DNA of 34,327 bases from Arcobacteraceae bacterium (GCA_048268245.1 JBLWVX010000029.1:1-34327), one strand, 5' to 3'. Shown: positions 21,750-31,525, counted from the stretch's first letter. Program-made: numbers and translations. The notes: generated by a model not told the origin, from the sequence alone.

Positions 21750-22610
21750 TTAAAAGAGAGTCTTAACTCCAATAAAAGGTCCTTTGTATGACAAGTCAAC
21801 ACCTTCTGATTCAAACTCTTTACCCTTGTATCCTAAGATATATGATGACTCTTTAAATTCATCATTTTGGTATCCTAAAGTAATTTTATACTCTAAAGCA
21901 TCTATATTATCACCTTTTCCAACAGAACCTTCAACATCAAACCATAAATTATTTATATTTGAAATTTTTGAAGTAAAGTTTCCTTGAATACTTAGATAAT
22001 TTTCTCTGGCTTTTAAAGAATTAGCACTAATTTCATATCTATTTAAACCTACACCAACTTTAAATTTATCAAAAATTCTTTTATAATTTAGTTTATAAAC
22101 TTTTGTTTCAAACTCTTTATCTGTCATAAAAAACTCAAAGCTAAACTTATCTTTATTGTTTTGTACTGATATTATAGGAGAAAAAGCGTTTGAATTTTCA
22201 GATAAACTTCCAGTACTTGATGAAATGTCTATATCTATTGGAGAGTATTCAAACTTAACTTCTATGATATTATTATCAATTGAAAAGCTACTTTTATTTT
22301 CTAAAACATCTTCTTGTTTTACCTCATCATTTAAAATGCTCTTTCGCACTTCTATAACTTCAACTTCTTGCTTTATTGGTGTTTGTACAATTTCTTCTTT
22401 ATACTCTGATACAGGCTTTACAACTGTTTTTTCTTCTTTAGTTATTACTTTAACTGTAGGTTCTTCTTTTTTTAGTTCTTGCTTTTTTTGCTTATCTGTA
22501 AAATTATACTCAATTTTTTTATCATCAGAAAACTCACTTAAAGGAAGATAATCATCCATTTGAGCAAAACATATAAACGGTGTAATTGCAACTAAAACTA
22601 ACTTTTTCAT
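21750..22610 (-). CDS. Putative outer-membrane beta-barrel protein with charged N-terminal linker
   Basis: Sec signal peptide, amphipathic beta strands, C-terminal YKGPFIGVKTLF ending in Phe. Confidence 0.6.
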   Translation of the reverse strand: MKKLVLVAITPFICFAQMDDYLPLSEFSDDKKIEYNFTDKQKKQELKKEEPTVKVITKEEKTVVKPVSEYKEEIVQTPIKQEVEVIEVRKSILNDEVKQEDVLENKSSFSIDNNIIEVKFEYSPIDIDISSSTGSLSENSNAFSPIISVQNNKDKFSFEFFMTDKEFETKVYKLNYKRIFDKFKVGVGLNRYEISANSLKARENYLSIQGNFTSKISNINNLWFDVEGSVGKGDNIDALEYKITLGYQNDEFKESSYILGYKGKEFESEGVDLSYKGPFIGVKTLF

Positions 22611-22628
22611 TAAAACTCCAAAATAAAT

Positions 22629-24284
22629 TTATGATATTATTTTATCATAATGTTTTTTAATATGTTCTGCTATTCTAAAAGAGTTTGCATATATAGTAAA
22701 AGTATAGGGTACACTTCCACCTGTAGGCATAAAACTAGCATCACTTACAAAAAGATTTTTTACTTCATGGGCTTGGCAATATTTATTTAACACAGATGTT
22801 TTCGGATCATCTCCAAATCTACACCCTCCAGCCAATAGATTTTGTGCAGGTAACTCTGAGATATTTGAGCTTATATCTTTTGCATTCATTTGTTTAAATA
22901 AACTTATGGCTTTTTTTTCTAAAAACTTTGATACTTTAATATCCTCTTTAAATGCACCTATTCTGATATTTGCAACAGGAACTCCATATTTATCTTTATA
23001 TTTTTCATCCACGCTTATAAAACTATTTTCATTTGGTGTCCAATCAACAAATATCTCCATATTTAATGTTCTAGTCTTAGTAAACTTTTCATAGATTTTA
23101 TTTTGTAAAGCTTCTCCAATTAAAAGATTTGAGCCATTCCATTTTAAGTTGTTGGCTCTTTTTATAGGATTTGCATGATCAAACACTAACTCTATCATTC
23201 CACCTTTAAACTCATCAGTAAAATAAAAATCTTTTATTGCTCTATTTACAAAAAGTCCTGGTTTTAAAAGCTCTTTTAAGTTCATATTTGTTTCATCAAA
23301 AGTTCCACTTACTATTCCACCTGCTGTTGATAAAAAGTTCTTACCTACATTTGAACTGTTATTAGCTACTCCATTTGGAAACTCTTTAGTTTTAGAGTTT
23401 AATAAAAGTCTTGAAGTCTCAACAGCTTGTGCTGCTACAACAAAAAGTTTTGCCTTTACTTCTTTATGATTTTTATCTTTAGTATAGTAATTTACAGATG
23501 TTATCTTTTTATCTTCGTTTGTATTTAGTTTATATACAAAGGCATTTGCTATAATCTTTACATTATTTGTTTTTAAAGCAGGAAGTATTAAAGCTTCCCT
23601 ACTACTTCCTTTTGCACCACTAGAACAAGCATATGAACCACAATAATTAGAGTAATAACAGCTTTTTCTATGTTTATTATCTTTACTAAGTATTGCTCTT
23701 GGAGTTTTTACAATTGAAAAACCTAACTGTTTTGATGCTTTATCTATATGCTTTACAATAGGATGTTCAAGTAGAGGCTTAAATGGAAACTCTTTTGAAC
23801 TTCGAGGCTCTTGATGTTCATAATCACTTGGTTCTCCTGATACTCCTACTATTTTCTCAACCTTATCATAAAAGGGTTCAAGTTCTTCATATGAAATAGG
23901 CCAATCTTCTACGTTTGAACCTTTTTGCTTTCCATAAATAGTTTTTAATTTAAAATCATTGGGTTTAAGTCTATAGAAAAAACCACTCATAAAGTTTGAT
24001 GAACCTCCTAAAATATTTCCATTCCAAAAACTCCATCCTGTCTCATAAGTAGGGAACTTCATCCATTTTCCATCTATATTTTCTTCTATTGTATGATACT
24101 CTTCATCTAACTTGGGTGTATAAATATCTCTTCTTACAGTTGCTATTTCATCTTTTGAAAAATCTTTTCTTTTATAAATATCACCTTTTTCTAAAACACA
24201 TACTTTAAACCCTGCTTTGCTTAATTCATAGATAATAGGTCCAGCACCTGCACCACTTCCTATAACACATACATCATAAATCAT
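22629..24284 (-). CDS. GMC-family flavoprotein (gluconate 2-dehydrogenase large-subunit-like)
   Basis: VIGSGAGAG, LEKG, LGGSS, WPISYEELEPFY, C-x5-C-x4-C Cys cluster, RLLLNS, NLFVSDAS. Confidence 0.85.
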   Translation of the reverse strand: MIYDVCVIGSGAGAGPIIYELSKAGFKVCVLEKGDIYKRKDFSKDEIATVRRDIYTPKLDEEYHTIEENIDGKWMKFPTYETGWSFWNGNILGGSSNFMSGFFYRLKPNDFKLKTIYGKQKGSNVEDWPISYEELEPFYDKVEKIVGVSGEPSDYEHQEPRSSKEFPFKPLLEHPIVKHIDKASKQLGFSIVKTPRAILSKDNKHRKSCYYSNYCGSYACSSGAKGSSREALILPALKTNNVKIIANAFVYKLNTNEDKKITSVNYYTKDKNHKEVKAKLFVVAAQAVETSRLLLNSKTKEFPNGVANNSSNVGKNFLSTAGGIVSGTFDETNMNLKELLKPGLFVNRAIKDFYFTDEFKGGMIELVFDHANPIKRANNLKWNGSNLLIGEALQNKIYEKFTKTRTLNMEIFVDWTPNENSFISVDEKYKDKYGVPVANIRIGAFKEDIKVSKFLEKKAISLFKQMNAKDISSNISELPAQNLLAGGCRFGDDPKTSVLNKYCQAHEVKNLFVSDASFMPTGGSVPYTFTIYANSFRIAEHIKKHYDKIIS

Positions 24285-24775
24285 ATTTTTTGTCCATACT
24301 TTAGCTTTGGTCTTGGATATCCTGCTTTATGTTTTACACTATTCCAGCCTATTTGTTTTTTGTTTCCACCATACATAGGATCACCAAACATTGCTTCTAT
24401 ACCATAATATACAAGTTTTGATATCCATGATTGAGCATAGTCATTTGAATTTACTATTTGTTCTATTAAAAGTTTTTTCTCTTTTTTATTTAGATACATA
24501 AAATCAGGGAAGCTACTACTAAAATCCTTTAGCCCTTGTATAATAAAAGTTTTATCACTATTATCAAAACTTTTATGGGCTATATTTTTTACTAAAAAGT
24601 TTAAAGCCCCAAACTCTTTAGAACTTGGCATTTTAGAAGTTTTAGGAAATAAAACTTCTAAAACTTCATCTAAAACTATTAAAGACTCTTTTGTAAAAAC
24701 TTTTGCAAAAACCGTAGAACTATTTAAAGTAATAATTCCAATAGATGTAAATTTTATAAATTCTCTTCTTTTCAT
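24281..24775 (-). CDS. Gluconate 2-dehydrogenase subunit-3-like protein with Tat signal
   Basis: MKRREFIK twin-arginine signal; EAMFGDPMYGGNK..GW motif; 4-bp overlap with the GMC gene. Confidence 0.85.
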   Translation of the reverse strand: MKRREFIKFTSIGIITLNSSTVFAKVFTKESLIVLDEVLEVLFPKTSKMPSSKEFGALNFLVKNIAHKSFDNSDKTFIIQGLKDFSSSFPDFMYLNKKEKKLLIEQIVNSNDYAQSWISKLVYYGIEAMFGDPMYGGNKKQIGWNSVKHKAGYPRPKLKYGQKI

Positions 24776-24838
24776 AATAGTACTTTAGCAAAATAGTAGT
24801 AAAAGTTAATATATTTTAAATTATGCTATACTTTTAAG
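24776..24838. promoter_or_regulatory. Back-to-back extended -10 promoters, each 6 nt from an ATG (probable leaderless transcripts)
   Basis: Plus: TGcTATACT 24824-24832, 6 nt, ATG 24839. Minus: TGcTAAAGT 24790-24782, 6 nt, ATG 24775. No SD on either side. Confidence 0.6.
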
Positions 24839-26983
24839 ATGTTAGTATCAAATAACTCACTTTTAAATGTACTATTACCAAATGATAATAAAGCCTTAAA
24901 AGAGGTTTTAAAAGAGGCAGACTCAAAAACTCTACAAGATATGATAAAAAACAAATCAGTATCTGTAAATGATGTTTTGAAAAACCTTTTTGATGATATA
25001 AAAAACGGTACTAAAACAAATGCAAATATAGAAAATATACTAAAAAATACAAATGCTTTTAAAGACTTAGGCTCTTTTTCAAAGTCTCTAAGCTCTGTAT
25101 TAGCACAAATAGATTCAAATTCAAATCTAAATAAATTTAAACCAAATCTTGAGTCATTTCTAAAAAACATGGCAAATATAGATGAAAATAGTCTAAAAGA
25201 ACAGATAAATAAATCAGGAGTATTTTTAGAATCAAAAATTGCTCAAAATACACAATCAAAAAGTTCACTTCCTGCAAATGTTGAAAAGCTTCTAACGCAA
25301 ATACAAAATCTTCTTAAAGATATAAACTCACCTGTTGCAAAACAAGTAAGTGAACTTATTGCAAAAACTTTGCAGCAAGTCCCTATTTCATCAGCTAGTA
25401 AAAATACAGAAAACCTAAAAGCACTAATTCCTTTGCTTCAAAACCTAGTAAGTACTCTTCAAAATAGTACTACAAAAGATTTATCAAACCTTACAAATCA
25501 ACTAAAAGCTATGGTATCACAAGGCTCACTTCTTGAGTCTAAACTTGATAATCTAAAAACAATAAGTTCAAATACTACGCAAAATCAAGTAGCTTTAAAT
25601 CCTAAAACTTCACAAACAACACTAATACCAGTAACTTCTACAAACCAAGCAAGTACACTTTTAAATACAAAAGAGCAAGTAAATACTCAAACAAAACAGC
25701 TATTAACAGAAATCAAAACACAATTTAATATAACAAATATGAATAACCCAAATAGAGCTAAACTTGTTAATGAACAAATTGATAATCTTTTAAAATCAAA
25801 TGATTTATTTACTAAGAATGACAAGCTTATAGAGCCAAAAGCCTTATTAAATAATCTACTTAATTCAAATGAAATAAAGCAAGCTTCAAACCAAAACCAA
25901 AATATCTCAAACTTAGTATTAAACCTTAAAAATATATCTGAGAACATTTCAAACCTTGAAACAAAAGTACAAAACTTTGTGAATATTACTAATGAAAAAA
26001 GTTCAGTTCTTGCAAACTTAAAAGAGAATTTAGCCTCTTTAAAAACAGAGTTAGTAAATATTAAAAATATTGATTTAAGTGTATCAAATAAAATAGTTTC
26101 AAAACTAGAAAACTTAGAAAATCTATTTGCTAAAATCCAAAACCCAAATACAAACACAGAAGCTCCAAAAGCAAACCCTTTAGCAAACTCTACTATGCCA
26201 AGTACTCAAAGTAATATATCAAGTAGCTTCCCAAATAACTTTGCAAATAATTTAAATAGTCTGATTTTACTTCTAAAAGAGAGTATTACAAATCTAGCAA
26301 GCAATCAAAATAACCCAAATGCTCCTGCTATTCAAAATCAAATACTTGAAGTTGTACAGAAAATTGAAGTAACAATAAAAGAGAGTATTCAAAACTCAAA
26401 CATAAATCAAGCTGTAAATATAAATCAAGCTAAAGAGATCAGTAATCCCTTATCTAATGATATGAAATCAATACTACTTCAAATGCAAGATGAATTAGCT
26501 TCAAAAACAGACCCAAAATCTCAAGAGCTATTTAAACAAGTAGATAAAATGCTTATGCAAATAGATTATCATCAACTTTTATCCATGAGTTCAAACTCTA
26601 ATTATGTCTATGTTCCTTTTTTATGGGACATGCTAGAAGAAGGAAGTATTGGAATAAAAAAAGCAAATGATGAGGAGAAGTTTTACTGTCAAATTCACTT
26701 AACACTTAAAGATTTTGGTAAAGTTGATTTAATGATGGGACTTTATGACAAAAACAAAATTGATATAACTATTTATGCGCAAAGAGAACACTTTAAAGAA
26801 AAAGTTAGAGATAATCTACAAACATTAAAAAAATCTTTAAATAATGTAGATTTGATTCCTGTAAATATTAAACTTCTTGATTTAAAAGAAGAGAATAAAA
26901 CACAAGATAAGCCAACACAAACATATAATAAAAATGCCTATGATAACTCAAGTTTTAATTCTGGTATTGATATAAGAGTTTAA
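24839..26983 (+). CDS. fliK: Flagellar hook-length control protein FliK-like
   Basis: Long N/Q/S/T-rich body, SGVFLESK motif, C-terminal FliK_C-like FYCQIHLTLKDFGKVD; followed by a FlhB-C-like gene. Confidence 0.72.
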   Translation: MLVSNNSLLNVLLPNDNKALKEVLKEADSKTLQDMIKNKSVSVNDVLKNLFDDIKNGTKTNANIENILKNTNAFKDLGSFSKSLSSVLAQIDSNSNLNKFKPNLESFLKNMANIDENSLKEQINKSGVFLESKIAQNTQSKSSLPANVEKLLTQIQNLLKDINSPVAKQVSELIAKTLQQVPISSASKNTENLKALIPLLQNLVSTLQNSTTKDLSNLTNQLKAMVSQGSLLESKLDNLKTISSNTTQNQVALNPKTSQTTLIPVTSTNQASTLLNTKEQVNTQTKQLLTEIKTQFNITNMNNPNRAKLVNEQIDNLLKSNDLFTKNDKLIEPKALLNNLLNSNEIKQASNQNQNISNLVLNLKNISENISNLETKVQNFVNITNEKSSVLANLKENLASLKTELVNIKNIDLSVSNKIVSKLENLENLFAKIQNPNTNTEAPKANPLANSTMPSTQSNISSSFPNNFANNLNSLILLLKESITNLASNQNNPNAPAIQNQILEVVQKIEVTIKESIQNSNINQAVNINQAKEISNPLSNDMKSILLQMQDELASKTDPKSQELFKQVDKMLMQIDYHQLLSMSSNSNYVYVPFLWDMLEEGSIGIKKANDEEKFYCQIHLTLKDFGKVDLMMGLYDKNKIDITIYAQREHFKEKVRDNLQTLKKSLNNVDLIPVNIKLLDLKEENKTQDKPTQTYNKNAYDNSSFNSGIDIRV

Positions 26984-26984
26984 A

Positions 26985-27323
26985 ATGCAAAAAAATATAA
27001 AACAAGAAAACTATACACCAAAAGCAGCTGCACTAAAATATGACATAGATAATGATAGTGCTCCTAAAATAACTGCAAAAGGAAAAGGAGAAACAGCAAA
27101 CAACATCATAAAAATTGCTAGAGAAAATAATATACCTATCAAAAAAGATGAAGACCTAGTAGAGCTTTTATCTCAACTTGATTTAGATAAAGAGATACCT
27201 GCAAGTATGTATAAAGCTGTAGCTGAAATTTTTTCATTTATTTACGATATGACAAACCAAGATAAAAAAATAGATAAAAAAATAGATGAAAAACTAGAAG
27301 AAAGATTAGAAGATAAAGTTTGA
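26985..27323 (+). CDS. Stand-alone FlhB C-terminal-like protein (EscU/YscU family, FlhX-like)
   Basis: AAALKY..APKITAKGKG..A..II..A.E..IPI..D..LVE.L...EIP..MYKAVAEI. Confidence 0.9.
   Translation: MQKNIKQENYTPKAAALKYDIDNDSAPKITAKGKGETANNIIKIARENNIPIKKDEDLVELLSQLDLDKEIPASMYKAVAEIFSFIYDMTNQDKKIDKKIDEKLEERLEDKV
27261..27308 (+). repeat. Degenerate 12-bp tandem repeat, 4 units (DKKI DKKI DEKL EERL)
   Basis: GATAAAAAAATA x2 followed by two diverged copies. Confidence 0.65.
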
Positions 27324-27352
27324 TAAGCATATAAGAGAGTTTATAATATAAT
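27320..27352 (+). promoter_or_regulatory. Probable sigma70 promoter for mreD-like/mrdA
   Basis: TTGATA 27320-27325; TATAAT at 27342-27347 and again at 27347-27352. Confidence 0.45.
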
Positions 27353-27390
27353 CGCCACTTTAAAATCAAATATAAAGTAATATAAACCAA

Positions 27391-27831
27391 ATGAAATATA
27401 ATAACTTAGACAGTCCAATTTTTTTATTTACATTAATTATTGTTGCGGTTGTTTTAAATCTTATTTCTTCAATATATTTTTTAATTATTATGTTAAGTGG
27501 TGTTTTATTTATGGCATTTTTTGTAAGCCTTAAAAATAGAAGAATGTATTCACTATTTTTTATTGTTATTGCATTTTTATTTATAGAAATAAACTCAGGA
27601 TTAAAGCCTTTATCACTTACCTTACTATCACTATTTTTGTATATTTTTGTAACTCCACATATAAAAAGAACTCTTTCTTTTAGTTCAATTAATAGTTATA
27701 TTTATGTGATTTTATTTTATCTTGGGGTACTTTTACTTTGGTCTTTATCTGCAACAGTAGATGAAACTATTTTAAAAGCAATAGTTGCAAATATTTTTAT
27801 TGATTTATTGTTTATTGGAGCATTTATATGA
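27391..27831 (+). CDS. MreD-like integral membrane protein
   Basis: About 5 TM segments; 4-bp overlap with mrdA; call is largely positional. Confidence 0.55.
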   Translation: MKYNNLDSPIFLFTLIIVAVVLNLISSIYFLIIMLSGVLFMAFFVSLKNRRMYSLFFIVIAFLFIEINSGLKPLSLTLLSLFLYIFVTPHIKRTLSFSSINSYIYVILFYLGVLLLWSLSATVDETILKAIVANIFIDLLFIGAFI

Positions 27832-29603
27832 ATATGCGTCTAAATCTAATTTTTATAATTATCTTTGTAATTATGACTACTTTGCTTGTTAGGGTATATT
27901 TTTTAAGTATTAAATCAAATACCTATTATGAAGAACTTTCAAAAAGAAATTATATTAATAGAATTAACAAAGTTCCAGTAAGAGGTGTTATTGAAGATAG
28001 AAATGGCAAAAAATTAGCTATCAATCAAATGGGCTTTTCTATTTTAATAAAACCCCATTTAAGATCATCAAAAAATAAAGAGGAATTAAATAGTGCCGTT
28101 GAATTTATAGAAAAACACTTTCCAAAATATGAAAAGAAAAAACTTCTAAAAAACTATAGAAGAAAAGACTCTGCTTACAATCATGACTATGTAAAAGTTG
28201 TTGATTATATTCCTTATGAAGAGTTTTTCCCAAAATATACACTCTTTGCTTCAAAAGAAAATATAAAAGTTGATTCAGCAGTAAAAAGATACTATCCATA
28301 TAAAAATGTAGCCTCTCATATTATAGGATATGTTGGTAAAGCTTCAAGACTAGATATAGTAAAAAATGAACTTTCAGCTTATAGTGGAATCATTGGAAAA
28401 AGTGGTTTAGAAAAATACTACAATGATATCTTACAAGGTGAGATGGGTTATAAAGATATAAAAGTAAATGCTCTAAATGAAGAGATTGAAGTTTTAGAAG
28501 AGAAAAAACCCTCTTCTAACAACAGTATAAAAATCTCTTTAGATATTGAACTTCAAAAATATATTCAAGACATATTTAACTATAAAGGTGGTGCAGTTAT
28601 TGTAATGGACTCTACAAATGGTGAGCTATTAGCAGCTGCATCATTCCCAGAGTTTGACAATAATATTTTTGCAAGAGGTATTTCAGTAAAAGAGTGGAAT
28701 AGAATGAGAAATGATTTTAACCACCCTTTTACAAATAAACTTATTAATGGACTATATCCTCCAGGATCTATTATAAAAATGGGTGTTGCCTTATCCTTTT
28801 TAGAAAATGGTGTAGAAGAAAGCTATAAAGTTAACGATACAGGTTTTATTAAAATTGGAAACAGAAACTTTAGAGGATGGAAAAGAGGTGGTCATGGTAT
28901 CGTAGGATTTAATAAGGCTATTAGAGAAAGTAGTGATGACTTCTTTTACAAAGGTAGTTTAAGAATTGGTATAAATAAAATATCACAAACTCTTGATAAA
29001 CTTGGTATAGGAAGACAAACAGGAGTAGACCAAGTAAATGAATTTTATGGAATAAATCCAAATAAAGAGTGGAAACAAAAAAAATACAATAAACCTTGGT
29101 ATGTAGGAGAAACTGTTATTACATCTATTGGTCAAGGTAATATGCTTGTAACTCCTATGCAAATGGCACGTTACACAGCTTATATAGCAAATGGAAAACT
29201 TCCAACTCCTCATTTTTACAAAAAAAACTATAAAGAACCTGTGAGTCTTGATTTTCCCGAAAGATATTTAGAGATTATGAGAAAAGGAATGTATGAAGTT
29301 ATGTACCATAAAAAAGGTACTGCATCAAGAAATATTAGATCAAAAGTAACCCTTGCAGGTAAAACAGGAACTGCACAGGTAGTTTCTATTCCTCAATCTG
29401 AAAAAATTAGAATGAAAGAGAGTGATTTAGCATACTATCAAAGATCACATGCATGGCTTACAACTTATGGACCTTATAAAAATCCTAAGTATGTTGTAAC
29501 TGTTTTAGTTGAACATGGTGGGCATGGGGGAAGTGCTGCTGGGGAAATGGTAAGTAAAATATTTGATAAACTTCTTGAACTAGGATATATAAAAGAAAAA
29601 TAA
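27828..29603 (+). CDS. mrdA: Penicillin-binding protein 2
   Basis: PVRGVIEDRNG, RYYP, GKSGLEK, PGSIIK (SxxK), SSDD (SxD), GKTGTAQ, EHGGHG. Confidence 0.95.
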   Translation: MNMRLNLIFIIIFVIMTTLLVRVYFLSIKSNTYYEELSKRNYINRINKVPVRGVIEDRNGKKLAINQMGFSILIKPHLRSSKNKEELNSAVEFIEKHFPKYEKKKLLKNYRRKDSAYNHDYVKVVDYIPYEEFFPKYTLFASKENIKVDSAVKRYYPYKNVASHIIGYVGKASRLDIVKNELSAYSGIIGKSGLEKYYNDILQGEMGYKDIKVNALNEEIEVLEEKKPSSNNSIKISLDIELQKYIQDIFNYKGGAVIVMDSTNGELLAAASFPEFDNNIFARGISVKEWNRMRNDFNHPFTNKLINGLYPPGSIIKMGVALSFLENGVEESYKVNDTGFIKIGNRNFRGWKRGGHGIVGFNKAIRESSDDFFYKGSLRIGINKISQTLDKLGIGRQTGVDQVNEFYGINPNKEWKQKKYNKPWYVGETVITSIGQGNMLVTPMQMARYTAYIANGKLPTPHFYKKNYKEPVSLDFPERYLEIMRKGMYEVMYHKKGTASRNIRSKVTLAGKTGTAQVVSIPQSEKIRMKESDLAYYQRSHAWLTTYGPYKNPKYVVTVLVEHGGHGGSAAGEMVSKIFDKLLELGYIKEK

Positions 29604-29635
29604 AAAAGAGAATCTTTAATCTAACTTCTCTTTTT
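29603..29635. terminator. Probable bidirectional terminator
   Basis: AAAAAGAGAA...TTCTCTTTTT between convergent genes. Confidence 0.6.
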
Positions 29636-30500
29636 GTGCCATATCATATGCTTTTAATAAAACATATGAGAAGATAATCGCAAAGACAACTCTTACAACC
29701 ACAATTATAGTAAGGTTTGCATCAAAGATTACAAACAATAAAGTATCTTCTATAATAGCATGACATATCATCAAAAAAGTTCCCACATAAAAGATATCTC
29801 TTTTACTTAAAGAAGAGTTTTGAGCCTCTTTTATTAAAAGCCCTGCCCCATAAGTAATACCTAAAAAAACTCCAACTATTAATGAAAAGTTTTTAGATAT
29901 ATTCTTTTTAGATTCAACTATAAATTTTCTAGTTTTTACAAAGTCCATAATAAATATAATAATTGAAATAAGAATTATAATTTTTACAGTTAAATCAATA
30001 GAATTCATAAAAGATGTTGTTAAAACATCCATTAAATTCTCATAAACTCTTGGTTCTACTGTTGCCTTTGAAATAGCATCAGAGAAACCCTCTTTTGGTA
30101 AAAGTGTCACTAAAAAAGCTACAATAAACCCACCAATAACTCTTAAAGATATAGAGTATATATTTGAAATCCCAAGCTTTTTCATAACAGCAGTTTCAAC
30201 AATAAGTGAATGACATATACCTAAAAATACTGCTAAAATAGTCCATTGTCTAGCTGTTAAATCTAATGGTGCTGCAAAAGCAATAGCAGCATAAAGATTT
30301 AAAAACATACCACTAATTATACTTAAGGCTGCTTCTTTTGGTAAATCAAGAAGAGTAGTTAAAGGCTCAACTAAAAAAGACACATAAGATAAAATATTGT
30401 AAAAGTATAAAACCTCAGCTAGAATATATATAGGAATTATTAGTTTTATAATAATCCATGCACTTTTAAGTGCAGAAAGTAAAGTTTGTTTGTAATTCAA
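29616..30500 (-). CDS. Nucleoside-recognition (Gate) domain membrane protein
   Basis: Polytopic with internally duplicated halves (ICHSLIVET / ICHAIIEDT), GITYGAG. Confidence 0.75.
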   Translation of the reverse strand: MNYKQTLLSALKSAWIIIKLIIPIYILAEVLYFYNILSYVSFLVEPLTTLLDLPKEAALSIISGMFLNLYAAIAFAAPLDLTARQWTILAVFLGICHSLIVETAVMKKLGISNIYSISLRVIGGFIVAFLVTLLPKEGFSDAISKATVEPRVYENLMDVLTTSFMNSIDLTVKIIILISIIIFIMDFVKTRKFIVESKKNISKNFSLIVGVFLGITYGAGLLIKEAQNSSLSKRDIFYVGTFLMICHAIIEDTLLFVIFDANLTIIVVVRVVFAIIFSYVLLKAYDMAQKEKLD

Positions 30501-30658
30501 GATTATCTCCTAAATTAAAACAAAATAACATAAAATTTATTACAACTTACTTATAATTTTAAAAACATTTTTTTATGATTTTTAGTTAATTTTAAAATTA
30601 GCCATTTTTTAATGATTCTTTAGATATTATAATTTTTATTTTTCATAGGATTATATAT

Positions 30659-31387
30659 TTGAAGGCACTTTTTACTTTACTAATTTTTAGCATTTCACTT
30701 TTTGGGGGTGATGACCTACCAATTGTTAATCTATCTGTAGCAGCAATTGAAGAACCAGCTCAATTTGTAAAGACTATTAATATTGCCATTATATTAGCTT
30801 TACTTGTATTAGCACCTTCACTTTTATTGATGGTTACATCTTTTACTAGAATTATTATTGTATTTTCACTTCTGCGACAAGCTATGGGTTTACAGCAAAC
30901 TCCACCAACTCAGATTATTATTTCGCTTGGCTTAGTAATGACTATATTTATTATGGAACCTTATGCCAAAAAATCTTGGGAAGATGGTATAAAACCTTAT
31001 ATGGATGAAACTATAGGATATGAAGAAGCCTTTCAAAAAGGTGTTCAACCTTTTAAAGAGTTTATGATAAAAAACACAAGAGAGTCTGATTTAGCACTTT
31101 TTTATAGAATAAAAAAAGAACCAAATCCTAAAAATATAGATGATGTTCCTTTGACACTTTTAATGCCTTCATTCATTGTAAGTGAACTTAGAACTGCATT
31201 TGAAATAGGCTTTTTAATCTTCTTACCATTTTTAGTAATTGATATTATTGTTGCGTCAATTTTAATGAGTCTTGGTATGATGATGTTACCACCAGTTATG
31301 ATTTCCTTGCCTATTAAAATCATCTTCTTTATTGTAATTGATGGTTGGCAGTTGATTATTGGAAACCTTGCCCAGTCCTTTAAGTAA
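30659..31387 (+). CDS. fliP: Flagellar export gate protein FliP
   Basis: TSFTRIIIVFSLLRQAMGLQQTPP, SELRTAFEIGF, LGMMMLPPVMISLP.K..F...DGW. Confidence 0.97.
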   Translation: MKALFTLLIFSISLFGGDDLPIVNLSVAAIEEPAQFVKTINIAIILALLVLAPSLLLMVTSFTRIIIVFSLLRQAMGLQQTPPTQIIISLGLVMTIFIMEPYAKKSWEDGIKPYMDETIGYEEAFQKGVQPFKEFMIKNTRESDLALFYRIKKEPNPKNIDDVPLTLLMPSFIVSELRTAFEIGFLIFLPFLVIDIIVASILMSLGMMMLPPVMISLPIKIIFFIVIDGWQLIIGNLAQSFK

Positions 31388-31525
31388 CGGGGCTTTGTAG
31401 AGGTTTTATAATTGGTGTTAACTATAAGAAATAGTTATTTAATAACAAAGAATGTAAACTTAACAAAATTTTAAAAATAAGCATAAAAATATCCAAAATA
31501 TATCCATTTATATCCAAATGGATAT
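31371..31525. mobile_element. Putative integrative-element attachment junction at the fliP 3' end
   Basis: CCCAGTCCTTTAA core repeated at 32260-32272; ATATCCA x3 (31489, 31500, 31510) plus inverted TGGATAT (31519); accessory DNA follows. Confidence 0.55.

Noticed and set aside
26399..26431. ATAAATCAAGCT repeated with 18-bp period in fliK
   Set aside because: Ordinary small duplication in a low-complexity ruler region
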